Origin: an uncultured Clostridiaceae bacterium
GTDB taxonomy: Bacteria > Bacillota > Clostridia > Saccharofermentanales > UBA5734
Assembly (NCBI GenBank): GCA_942493365.1
Contig: OW818697.1
Coordinates: 1,512,668 to 1,576,667 of the forward strand
Direction: 5' to 3'
Length of the DNA stretch: 64,000 nucleotides
The translations under genes and the position numbers were made by a program. Positions 10,260 to 21,119 of the stretch are shown one piece after another. How positions within the stretch are numbered: position 1 is the first letter of the stretch; every line of letters starts with the position of its first letter. The notes beneath the pieces are model-generated. The model was given only the letters and a program-made list of their open reading frames with translations. It did not search any database and was not told the origin of the DNA.

Positions 10260-12452
10260 ATGAGTAAAAACCTCGTTATCGTCGAATCACCGGCCAAAGC
10301 CAAAACCATCGGCCGCTATCTGGGCAAGGACTTCAGAATCGCGGCTTCAGTCGGGCATATTCGTGACCTGCCCTCAGCAACGCTGGGGGTTGATGTCGCG
10401 CACGGCTACCAGCCGCGCTACATCAGCATGAAGGGCAAAGAAAAGGTCATTCGCGAACTCAAGGATCTGGCCGAGACCACCGACCGCGTTTATATCGCGA
10501 CCGACCCTGACCGTGAAGGCGAAGCCATTGCCTGGCATTTGTCACAAATCCTCAAAATCGACGAAAAGAGCGCCTGCCGCATTTCCTTCAATGAAATAAC
10601 CGAAACGGCAGTTCGCCACGCCATCGATAACCCGCGCCCGATTGATATGAACCTGGTTAATTCTCAGCAAGCCCGGCGAATTCTCGACCGACTGGTCGGT
10701 TACGAACTCAGCCCGCTTTTGTGGAAAAAAATCAAAAAGGGCTTGTCCGCCGGACGGGTGCAATCCGTCGCCACCCGCATGATCGTCGATCGTGAAAGGG
10801 AAATCAACGCCTTCAACCCCGAAGAATACTGGCTGCTGACGGCGTTGCTGCAGAAAAATCCCAGCGATCCGATCATCAAGGCCCGCTATCATGGCGAGCT
10901 CAACGGGACCAAGATTGAAAAAATCAAATTGACCAACCAGACCGAAACGGAAGCCCTACTGGCCGCTTTGCAGGGGCTGCCGTATATCGTCTACAAAGTC
11001 AAAAAGGGGAGCCGACAGAAACAATCCGGCCCACCCTTTACGACGAGTACACTCCAGCAAGAAGCGTCCAGATTTTTGGGTTTTTCATCCAAGAAAACGA
11101 TGAGCGTTGCCCAACAGCTTTATGAAGGTGTCGAGCTGCCTGCGCTCGGCGCCACCGCCCTGGTCACCTACATCCGCACCGACTCGGTTCGCGTTTCAGC
11201 CGAAGCCGAACTGGAAGCGCGCGAGTACATCAGCAAAGTCTTTGGCGAGGAATACCTGCCCAAAGTACCGCGCAAGTTCAAAAATCGCAATTCATCACAA
11301 GATGCCCACGAGGCGATCCGACCGGCGCACTTTGATCTCAAACCAGATGAAATCAAAGAAAAACTCTCATACGATCAATATCGCCTTTACAAACTGATTT
11401 GGGACAAATTCATGGCCAGCCAGATGGCGGCGGCATTGGTTGATACGGTGACTGCTGATATTGCCGCGGGCAGTCACATTTTCAGGACGCAGGGCGAAAC
11501 GATCAGATTTCCGGGCTATCTGGCGCAATATGGTGTTCAACTGGTTGATCAGGAACCGGACAAAGAAACCGATGAGGACAATGATAAAGCGGATCGTTTA
11601 CCGGAACTTCTGGAAAATGAAAAGTTAAAACTGGACAAGCTGGTTCATGAGCAGAAATTTACCCAGCCGCCCTCCCGCTACACCGAAGCGACGCTGATTA
11701 AGGCGATGGAAGAAAAGGGGATCGGCCGGCCTTCGACCTATGCACCGACGCTATCGACGATTGTTGATCGATTGTATGTCGAAAAAGACCGCAAGTTTTT
11801 GCTGCCGACCGAACTGGGCAAAATTGTCACGGAAATGCTGGAACAAAACTTCGACAATATCGTCGATGTCGAATTTACCGCCGAAATGGAAAAGGGCCTG
11901 GACACGGTTGAATCAGGCCAGCAGGACTGGGTGAGTCTGCTTGATCAGTTTTACCCGGCCTTTCATCTGCGCGTGACCGAAGCCTCGGAAACGCTGGAGA
12001 AAGTCAAGGTTGCTGATGTTCCGACTGGTGAGAAATGCCCGACCTGCCTGGATGGTGATCTGGTCATCAAAGAAGGCCGCTATGGCAAATTCATCGCCTG
12101 CACCCGTTATCCGGACTGTAAATACACCAAAAACATCGAAAACGTTGCCAAAGGCAACTGCCCGCTCTGCGGCTCGGGCCTGGTCAGCAGGGTTTCGAAA
12201 AAATTCAAAAACAGCAAATTCTACACCTGCGACAAACAGGGGACCGACCCCGAATGCCCCTTCATCAGCTGGGATCTGCCGATTGAGGGCAAGGTCTGTG
12301 AGACCTGCGGCAGCTACATGGTCTGGAAACGTTTCCGCGGCCGCTCGTATCCGCGCTGCGGCAACAAGGACTGCACCAGCAATCAGCGCAAAAACAAACC
12401 TGTCGAAGAAGCAAGTGTCGATGCCGAACCTGAGACCGGAGCCGGCGAATGA
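10260..12452 (+). CDS. topA: DNA topoisomerase I
   Basis: LVIVESPAKAKTI, ATDPDREGEAI, SAGRVQS, GIGRPSTY, C-terminal Zn ribbons; start at MSKN. Confidence 0.98.
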   Translation: MSKNLVIVESPAKAKTIGRYLGKDFRIAASVGHIRDLPSATLGVDVAHGYQPRYISMKGKEKVIRELKDLAETTDRVYIATDPDREGEAIAWHLSQILKIDEKSACRISFNEITETAVRHAIDNPRPIDMNLVNSQQARRILDRLVGYELSPLLWKKIKKGLSAGRVQSVATRMIVDREREINAFNPEEYWLLTALLQKNPSDPIIKARYHGELNGTKIEKIKLTNQTETEALLAALQGLPYIVYKVKKGSRQKQSGPPFTTSTLQQEASRFLGFSSKKTMSVAQQLYEGVELPALGATALVTYIRTDSVRVSAEAELEAREYISKVFGEEYLPKVPRKFKNRNSSQDAHEAIRPAHFDLKPDEIKEKLSYDQYRLYKLIWDKFMASQMAAALVDTVTADIAAGSHIFRTQGETIRFPGYLAQYGVQLVDQEPDKETDEDNDKADRLPELLENEKLKLDKLVHEQKFTQPPSRYTEATLIKAMEEKGIGRPSTYAPTLSTIVDRLYVEKDRKFLLPTELGKIVTEMLEQNFDNIVDVEFTAEMEKGLDTVESGQQDWVSLLDQFYPAFHLRVTEASETLEKVKVADVPTGEKCPTCLDGDLVIKEGRYGKFIACTRYPDCKYTKNIENVAKGNCPLCGSGLVSRVSKKFKNSKFYTCDKQGTDPECPFISWDLPIEGKVCETCGSYMVWKRFRGRSYPRCGNKDCTSNQRKNKPVEEASVDAEPETGAGE

Positions 12453-13789
12453 CTGCAAGTGGTCCTGCCGTTCGGGTCATTGGTGCGGGTCTGGCGGGCT
12501 GCGAAGCGGCATGGCAGTTGGCGCGCCGGGGCGTTGCGGTCGATCTTTACGAAATGAAGCCCCAGCATTATTCTCTTGTCCATAAAATTCCGACTTTTGC
12601 AGAGCTGGTTTGCAGCAACTCGCTGCGCGCGGCCCGACTGGAAAACGCGGTCGGCCTGCTCAAAGAAGAAATGCGGCGACTGGACTCCCTGATCATAGCT
12701 TGCGCCGATCAGACGGCGTTGCCAGCCGGCGGGGCTCTGGCCGTGGATCGCGATCATTTTTCACAAACCGTGACCGATCGCATCAGGCAACATCCGCTGA
12801 TTACTGTGCAGGAAGCCCGCGTTGATGAAATTCCCGAGCAGGGACTGGTCATCATTGCCACCGGGCCCTTGACCGATGGCCACCTTTTCGATGCGATCAG
12901 AAAACGGCTGAGTATTGAAACGCTGCATTTTTTTGATGCAGCCGCACCCATTGTGTTTGCCGAATCGATTGATGAAAAGATTGCCTTTCGCCAGTCGCGC
13001 TACGGCCGCGGTGGTGATGATTATTTGAACTGCCCGATGAATCAGGCGGAATACGATCATTTCTGGAACGAACTGATCCAGGCGGAGCGGGCGGAGTTGG
13101 CTGATTTTGACAAGGAAATTGTCTTTGAAGGCTGTATGCCGATTGAGACCATGGCCAGCCGCGGCAAGGATACCATTCGCTTTGGCCCCATGAAACCGGT
13201 CGGTCTGACCGATCCACGCACCGGCCGCGAGCCGTACGCCTGTGTGCAGCTGCGGCAGGACAATCATGCCGGCAGTCTCTACAACATTGTTGGTTTCCAG
13301 ACCCGCCTGCGCTTTGGCGAACAGCAGCGCGTCTTCCGATTGATCCCTGGACTGGAAAGGGCTGAATTCGCCCGCTTTGGTGTCATGCATCGCAACACAT
13401 TTTTACCATCCCCGCAGATCCTCAACGCCGACTTCAGTGTGCGCAGCCAACCCAATTTGTACTTTGCCGGTCAGATCACGGGCGTTGAAGGTTACGTCGA
13501 GTCAGCCGCATCGGGTCTTCTGGCTGGGTGGCAGGCCGCTCTGCAGGCGCTGGGTTCAACGCCGGCCGAACGGCAGACGCTCGTACCGACGGCGCAAACC
13601 GTCATCGGTTCGCTGGCGCATTATGTGTCTGATCCCAATGTGCGCAATTTCCAGCCGATGAATGCCAATTTTGGCCTGGTTGAAGCCCTGCCGCAACGCA
13701 TTCGCAACAAGGACGCACGCTTGCAAGCCACGATTGATCGTTCGCTGGCGGAGATCGATCAGCTGTTGACCAAATCGTTCATATCATAA
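12449..13789 (+). CDS. trmFO: tRNA (uracil-54-C5) methyltransferase TrmFO (Gid)
   Basis: VIGAGLAGCEAA, ELVCSNSL, FAGQITGVEGYVES, FQPMNANFG. Confidence 0.97.
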   Translation: MTASGPAVRVIGAGLAGCEAAWQLARRGVAVDLYEMKPQHYSLVHKIPTFAELVCSNSLRAARLENAVGLLKEEMRRLDSLIIACADQTALPAGGALAVDRDHFSQTVTDRIRQHPLITVQEARVDEIPEQGLVIIATGPLTDGHLFDAIRKRLSIETLHFFDAAAPIVFAESIDEKIAFRQSRYGRGGDDYLNCPMNQAEYDHFWNELIQAERAELADFDKEIVFEGCMPIETMASRGKDTIRFGPMKPVGLTDPRTGREPYACVQLRQDNHAGSLYNIVGFQTRLRFGEQQRVFRLIPGLERAEFARFGVMHRNTFLPSPQILNADFSVRSQPNLYFAGQITGVEGYVESAASGLLAGWQAALQALGSTPAERQTLVPTAQTVIGSLAHYVSDPNVRNFQPMNANFGLVEALPQRIRNKDARLQATIDRSLAEIDQLLTKSFIS

Positions 13790-14517
13790 TGACCGGTGGG
13801 CTTGCCGTTGATAAAACGGGCAGCGGCCAGGGCCCCACGGGCGAAAACTGCGCGTGAGGTAGCCGAGTGATGCAGCGACAGGACTTCATCCTGTCCGGCA
13901 AACAAAACGGTGTGTTCGCCGACGATGCTGCCGCCGCGGATGGCATGCATGCCGATTTCGGTTTTTTCGCGTTTTTGTCGGTTTTGACTGCGGTCATAAA
14001 CCAAGTGCATTTGCTGATCGAGTTCTTCATTGATTTTTTCGGCGATCATCAGGGCTGTGCCGGACGGCGCGTCGAGTTTTTGATTGTGATGGGCCTCGAC
14101 AATTTCGATGTCGAATTCGGGATAGAGAATGCGCGCGGCCTGGCGGGCCAGGGTGATCATCAGATTGACGCCCAGCGACATGTTGGCCGACTTGAAAATG
14201 GGTGCCAGCGTGGCCAACTGGCCCAGCTCAGCCAGCAGCGTGTCATCCAGCCCGGTGGTGCAAATCACCGCCGGACATTGGCGCTGACGAATCAAGCCAA
14301 AAACGGCCGGCAGGGCGGCCGTGTTGGAGAAATCGACCAGGACATCGAATGCAACCGCGCAGTCGCGTGGATCGGCAAAAACCGGAAAGGCACCGTCGGT
14401 CGAAGGCATGAGGTCGGAGCCGGCGACGATTTCCAAATCTTCAGATGCGGCGGCGATGTCGGTGATGACGCGTCCCATACGACCCTGACAGCCACTGAGA
14501 AAAATTTTGACAGCCAT
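13759..14517 (-). CDS. dapB: 4-hydroxy-tetrahydrodipicolinate reductase
   Basis: GCQGRMG, EAHHNQKLDAPSGTA, RGGSIVGEH. Confidence 0.97.
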   Translation of the reverse strand: MAVKIFLSGCQGRMGRVITDIAAASEDLEIVAGSDLMPSTDGAFPVFADPRDCAVAFDVLVDFSNTAALPAVFGLIRQRQCPAVICTTGLDDTLLAELGQLATLAPIFKSANMSLGVNLMITLARQAARILYPEFDIEIVEAHHNQKLDAPSGTALMIAEKINEELDQQMHLVYDRSQNRQKREKTEIGMHAIRGGSIVGEHTVLFAGQDEVLSLHHSATSRAVFARGALAAARFINGKPTGHYDMNDLVNS

Positions 14518-14533
14518 GTTGGGTCTCCTTTCG

Positions 14534-15415
14534 TCAGGGCAGCAGCTGATAATCAGCCAGCACTTTGCGGATCAAGGCCTGGTTGGCGGCCGACGGTTCA
14601 CACAGCGGCAGACGGCAGGGACCGACGTTCAGGCCCATCATGTTCATGGCCGCCCTGACCGGGATCGGATTGACATCGCAGAACATCGCTTTGACCAGCG
14701 GCGTCAGGTGAATCTGCAGGCGGGTGGCCTCAGCCGTGTTGCCCTCAAGATAGGCTGCGGCCATCTGGTGGGTCAGCAGCGGGACGATGTTGGCGATGAC
14801 CGAAATGACGCCGAGACCGCCAAAGGACATCAGCGGTACAACCATGCCATCCTCGCCCGAATACATATTGAGATTGTCGCCGCACAAATAGGCCACTTCG
14901 CCGGCTTGTTCGGTCTTGCATTCCTTGATGCCGTTGATGTTGGGCAGGGCGGCCAGTTCGGCGGCGGTTTCCGGATTGATGTTGAGATTGGTGCGGCCGG
15001 GCACGTTGTAAAGAATGATCGGAAGATGGGTCGCTTCGGCAATGGCCGTGAAATGCAGCACCAGTCCGTGCTGTGAGGTTTTGTTATAATAGGGCGTGAC
15101 ACTGAGCAGACCGTCAACGCCGAGCGCTGTTGCCTGCTTGGTCAGTTCGACCGCGTGACGGGTGTCGTTGCTGCCGACGCCGGCGATCACGGGAATGCGT
15201 CCGCGCACCGTCCTGACGACGCAAGCGACGGCGGCCATGTGTTCTTCGTCGGGCATGGTTGAGGCTTCGCCGGTCGTACCGGCCACAACGATGCAATCGG
15301 TTTGATTCTTGATCTGGAATTCGCACAGCTCGGCCAATTTTTCAAAATCAACGCCTTGTTCATTGAACGGTGTAACAACAGCGACGGCAGAACCCTTGAA
15401 AATCGGCTTCTTCAT
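14534..15415 (-). CDS. dapA: 4-hydroxy-tetrahydrodipicolinate synthase
   Basis: GTTGEAST, TPYYNK, LYNVPGRT, GIKE; start at MKKP with GGAGG SD. Confidence 0.97.
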   Translation of the reverse strand: MKKPIFKGSAVAVVTPFNEQGVDFEKLAELCEFQIKNQTDCIVVAGTTGEASTMPDEEHMAAVACVVRTVRGRIPVIAGVGSNDTRHAVELTKQATALGVDGLLSVTPYYNKTSQHGLVLHFTAIAEATHLPIILYNVPGRTNLNINPETAAELAALPNINGIKECKTEQAGEVAYLCGDNLNMYSGEDGMVVPLMSFGGLGVISVIANIVPLLTHQMAAAYLEGNTAEATRLQIHLTPLVKAMFCDVNPIPVRAAMNMMGLNVGPCRLPLCEPSAANQALIRKVLADYQLLP

Positions 15416-15521
15416 GGTAATTATCCTCCGAAGGTAAAATAGTCGGCAAAGCAAATCTGCGAACCGTATAATCATATCATTCACTATACTTTTAAGTCAA
15501 ATCTGGCTATAATAAAAGGCC

Positions 15522-17731
<2,210 letters not shown>

Positions 17732-17858
17732 TTTGAACAAATAGTGAACCTTTAAGCGCACAGACTTGCACAAGACCAACAGATAATGCTATGATGGTCT
17801 TTGCTGTGAAAAATCACACACCTGATTAGATGATCTATTCTTGAGGAGGATACCCAAT

Positions 17859-18221
17859 ATGTTCAATCTCGTGACATTTGCCCTGACTTCGGCCGTTACA
17901 CCAACGACCACAGGCACCCCGGCTCAGGCTGCCAATGATTTAACGTCAACGCTTTCCATGGTTGCCTTGATGGCGGTCGTTTTCGGTTTGATGTACCTGC
18001 TGATGATTCGTCCGCAGAAAAAGAAGGAAAAAGCCCTGCGTGAGCAGATCAGCACCATGGCTGTCGGTGACGGCATTGTCACCATCGGCGGCGTGATCGG
18101 TCAGATCGTCAACATCAAAGACGAAGAAGTGACCATTTCGACCAGCGTGGCCAAAACGCTGATGACCTTCAAAAAATCGGCGATCGCAACCATTATCAAG
18201 CCCGAAAACGCCATCAACTAA
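17859..18221 (+). CDS. yajC: Preprotein translocase subunit YajC
   Basis: TM segment then IRPQKKKEK, VTIGGVIG; follows tgt; ATG 17859 with GAGGAGG SD. Confidence 0.93.
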   Translation: MFNLVTFALTSAVTPTTTGTPAQAANDLTSTLSMVALMAVVFGLMYLLMIRPQKKKEKALREQISTMAVGDGIVTIGGVIGQIVNIKDEEVTISTSVAKTLMTFKKSAIATIIKPENAIN

Positions 18222-18235
18222 TCGGAGGGGTCCCC

Positions 18236-18382
18236 ATGCAACACATCCAAACCATCAACGACGCCTGCATCAAGGCGCCGACCAGCGGCAAGGCCTGCGG
18301 CGAATGCCAGACATCCTGCCAGTCGGCCTGCAAAACCAGCTGCACGGTGGCCAACCAGAAGTGCGAGAACAAGTCACGCTGA
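18236..18382 (+). CDS. scfA: SCIFF (six-cysteine) ranthipeptide precursor, 48 aa; not in supplied ORF track
   Basis: My translation: MQHIQTINDACIKAPTSGKACGECQTSCQSACKTSCTVANQKCENKSR; GGAGGGG SD; next to radical SAM maturase. Confidence 0.97.
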   Translation: MQHIQTINDACIKAPTSGKACGECQTSCQSACKTSCTVANQKCENKSR

Positions 18383-18473
18383 AACCGGTTTTACCGATTG
18401 ATGTCTGACCTGAACGGAGATAGTGGAAAGCCCCGCGGCTTTTCACTATTTTTGCGATAATGGAGGAAATCGT

Positions 18474-19853
18474 TTGCTGCATCTTTTTCAAATCAATGGT
18501 GACCGGCTGGCCTTTGACGCCGACAGCGGCGCGCTGCACCTGGTGGACGAACCCGCCTGGCTCGTCCTGCAAGCCTGGAATCAGGCCGGCGGCCAGGCAC
18601 CTGACGTGGCAACGCTGGACGCTCTGACAGCTGAACTGGGCCCGGTCGCTGTTGAGTGTTCGCGTGAAATTGCCGAGGCCGTCGCGGCCGGGCTGCTGTT
18701 TGCGACCGCGCCGACCGTCGAGGTCAGCCAGCTGTACCCCGATCAGCCGCGCATCAAGTCGATGTGCCTGCATCTGTGCCACGACTGCAATTTGCGCTGC
18801 CGTTACTGCTTTGCCGGCACCGGCGATTTCGGCACCGGCCAGCGCAGCATGCTCGACCTCGAGACCGGGCAGAAGGCCGTTGATTATCTGATCGAGGCCT
18901 CCGGGCCGCGCCGCAATCTCGACATTGATTTTTTTGGCGGCGAACCGCTGCTCAATTGGCCGGTCGTGGTCGCCCTGACCGAATACTGCGAGTCGCGCGC
19001 CGCCCAGACCGGCAAGGACATCCGCCTGACCATCACCACCAACGCCGTGCTGCTGGACTCGGCCAAAACCGATTTCATCAACCAGCACTTCAAAAACTGC
19101 GTCCTCAGCATCGACGGCCGACCGGACGTGCACGACCGCATGCGCCCCGATGCCGGCGGGCATGGCTCTTACGACCGCGTGGCGGCCCACATCCAAAGTT
19201 TCGTCGCCGCACGCGGTGACCAGGAATATTATCTGCGCGCCACCTACACACGAGAAAACCTCGATTTTGCCGCCGATGTCCTACATCTGGGCAGTCTGGC
19301 CAGTCAGGTTTCGGTCGAGCCGGTCGTCGCACCGGACGGCTGCGGCTATGAAATCCGGCCGCAGGACATCCCGACGCTGGCGGCAGAATACGAAAAGCTG
19401 GCCGTCGAGATGAACCGCCGCGCGATGGCCGGCGAAGGCTTCAACTTTTTCCACTTTATGATCGACCTCGACGGCGGTCCCTGCGCCTACAAGCGCCTCA
19501 AGGGCTGCGGCGTCGGACTGGAATACTGTGCCGTCACGCCCGATGGCGACATTTATCCCTGCCATCAGTTTGTCGGCCAGCAGCAGTTCAAGATGGGCAA
19601 TGTCCACGATCAACCCGTCCAGCTCGACGCGTCCGTGCAGGATCGCTTCAAATCATTGATGGTGATGGACAAACCGGCTTGCCAGGGCTGCTGGGCCCGC
19701 TTTTTCTGCAGCGGCGGATGTGCCGCCAATGCCTGGCACGCCAGCGGCGATGTCAATGGTCTCTACGAAACCGGCTGCGCCCTGCAGCAAAAACGTCTGG
19801 AATGCGCGCTTTGGCTCAAGGCCAAGGCCAAGCAAGGAGGAGTCAACCCATGA
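18474..19853 (+). CDS. scfB: Thioether cross-link-forming SCIFF radical SAM/SPASM maturase
   Basis: CNLRCRYC, FFGGEPLLN, SPASM CGVG...DIYPCHQF and CQGCWARFFCSGGC; TTG start after GGAGG. Confidence 0.96.
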   Translation: MLHLFQINGDRLAFDADSGALHLVDEPAWLVLQAWNQAGGQAPDVATLDALTAELGPVAVECSREIAEAVAAGLLFATAPTVEVSQLYPDQPRIKSMCLHLCHDCNLRCRYCFAGTGDFGTGQRSMLDLETGQKAVDYLIEASGPRRNLDIDFFGGEPLLNWPVVVALTEYCESRAAQTGKDIRLTITTNAVLLDSAKTDFINQHFKNCVLSIDGRPDVHDRMRPDAGGHGSYDRVAAHIQSFVAARGDQEYYLRATYTRENLDFAADVLHLGSLASQVSVEPVVAPDGCGYEIRPQDIPTLAAEYEKLAVEMNRRAMAGEGFNFFHFMIDLDGGPCAYKRLKGCGVGLEYCAVTPDGDIYPCHQFVGQQQFKMGNVHDQPVQLDASVQDRFKSLMVMDKPACQGCWARFFCSGGCAANAWHASGDVNGLYETGCALQQKRLECALWLKAKAKQGGVNP

Positions 19854-20338
19854 TTTACAAGTATCTCGATCACACCCCGGCGATCGAAGCCGATGTGTTC
19901 GTTGCCCCGACCGCCTCGGTGGTCGGCGACGTTGTCATCGGCAGCCAGTCCTCGGTCTGGTTCAACGCTGTCATTCGCGGCGACGACGCACCGGTGCGCA
20001 TTGGCAGCGGCACCAGCATTCAGGACAACGCCTGTGTGCATGACAACACCAAAATCGGCAACGGCGTCACGGTCGGCCACAGCGCCATTGTTCACGCCTG
20101 CAGTGTCGGCAACGACGTGCTGATTGGCATGGGCGCAGTCATCCTCGACAACGTCTTCGTCGGCGACGGCGCGGTCATCGCCGCCGGTTCGGTCGTCAAG
20201 GTCGGCACCGTCATAGCGCCGCGCACCCTGTGGGCCGGCAACCCGGCGGTCTTCAAAAAGGACCTCAGCGAAGACGCCATCATCTACAACCAGCAACATG
20301 CCCGCGACTACTGCCGCCTGGCATCCGAATATCTGTAA
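19850..20338 (+). CDS. Gamma carbonic anhydrase-like hexapeptide-repeat protein (YrdA/PaaY family)
   Basis: VVGDVVIG, SVWFNAVIRGD, IQDNACVH, VGHSAIVHAC, LWAGNPA; ATGA overlap with scfB stop. Confidence 0.9.
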   Translation: MIYKYLDHTPAIEADVFVAPTASVVGDVVIGSQSSVWFNAVIRGDDAPVRIGSGTSIQDNACVHDNTKIGNGVTVGHSAIVHACSVGNDVLIGMGAVILDNVFVGDGAVIAAGSVVKVGTVIAPRTLWAGNPAVFKKDLSEDAIIYNQQHARDYCRLASEYL

Positions 20339-20360
20339 GCACACACGTGGAGGCACAACC

Positions 20361-21020
20361 ATGCTGACAATCAAAGACATTCTTAAAGACAACGAAATCA
20401 AGCAGTTTCTCGAAGCCTCAGCCCTGCAGATGACCACCCTGGGCTTCACCGAACATTCCTTCCGGCACTGCCGGCTGGTCTCCAACAAATGCGGCGAAAT
20501 CCTCAGCCATTTGGGCTACGAAGATCACATGGTTGAGTTGGCCCGCATCGCCGGTTACCTGCACGACATCGGCAACGCCGTCAACCGCATCAATCACGCC
20601 CAGACCGGCGCCATCCTCGCCTACGATTTTCTGTGTCGCCACGAGATGCCCTGCGAAGACGCCATCCCGATCATGATGGCCATTGCCAATCATGATGAGG
20701 AAATCGGCGTCCCGGTCAATGCCGTCGCGGCAGCCCTGATTCTTTCGGACAAGGCCGACGTGCATCGCTCGCGGGTGACCAATCGCAAAATCGAATCCTA
20801 CGACATTCACGATCGCGTCAACTACGCCGCGACCAAATCGACGCTGGAGGTCAACCCGGACGACAAAACAGCTCGCCTGAATATCGAGATTGACACCCAG
20901 ATGTGCCCGGTGATGGACTACTTCGAAATATTTCTGATGCGCATGAAAATGTGCCGCAATGCCGCCGCATTTTTGGGTCTTCAATTTCAATTATTTATCA
21001 ACGACAGTCAATTGGTGTAA
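20361..21020 (+). CDS. HD-domain phosphohydrolase
   Basis: TEHSFRH, YLHDIGN, ANHDE, DKADVHRSRV; GGAGG SD. Confidence 0.88.
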   Translation: MLTIKDILKDNEIKQFLEASALQMTTLGFTEHSFRHCRLVSNKCGEILSHLGYEDHMVELARIAGYLHDIGNAVNRINHAQTGAILAYDFLCRHEMPCEDAIPIMMAIANHDEEIGVPVNAVAAALILSDKADVHRSRVTNRKIESYDIHDRVNYAATKSTLEVNPDDKTARLNIEIDTQMCPVMDYFEIFLMRMKMCRNAAAFLGLQFQLFINDSQLV

Positions 21021-21119
21021 AATAAAGGAATCCGGCATTTGATATCGAATAAACTTAGCAAGGGATCGTAGCGAAAAGCAGATTGAAAGACAGCGAAACG
21101 AGGGAGTCCCATCAGCAAT

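Noticed and set aside
15416-15521. Lysine riboswitch upstream of dapA
   Set aside because: Only ~105 bp, filled by divergent promoters; no riboswitch core motifs
18270-19196. 308-aa minus-strand ORF across the SCIFF locus
   Set aside because: Antisense to the well-supported scfA/scfB genes
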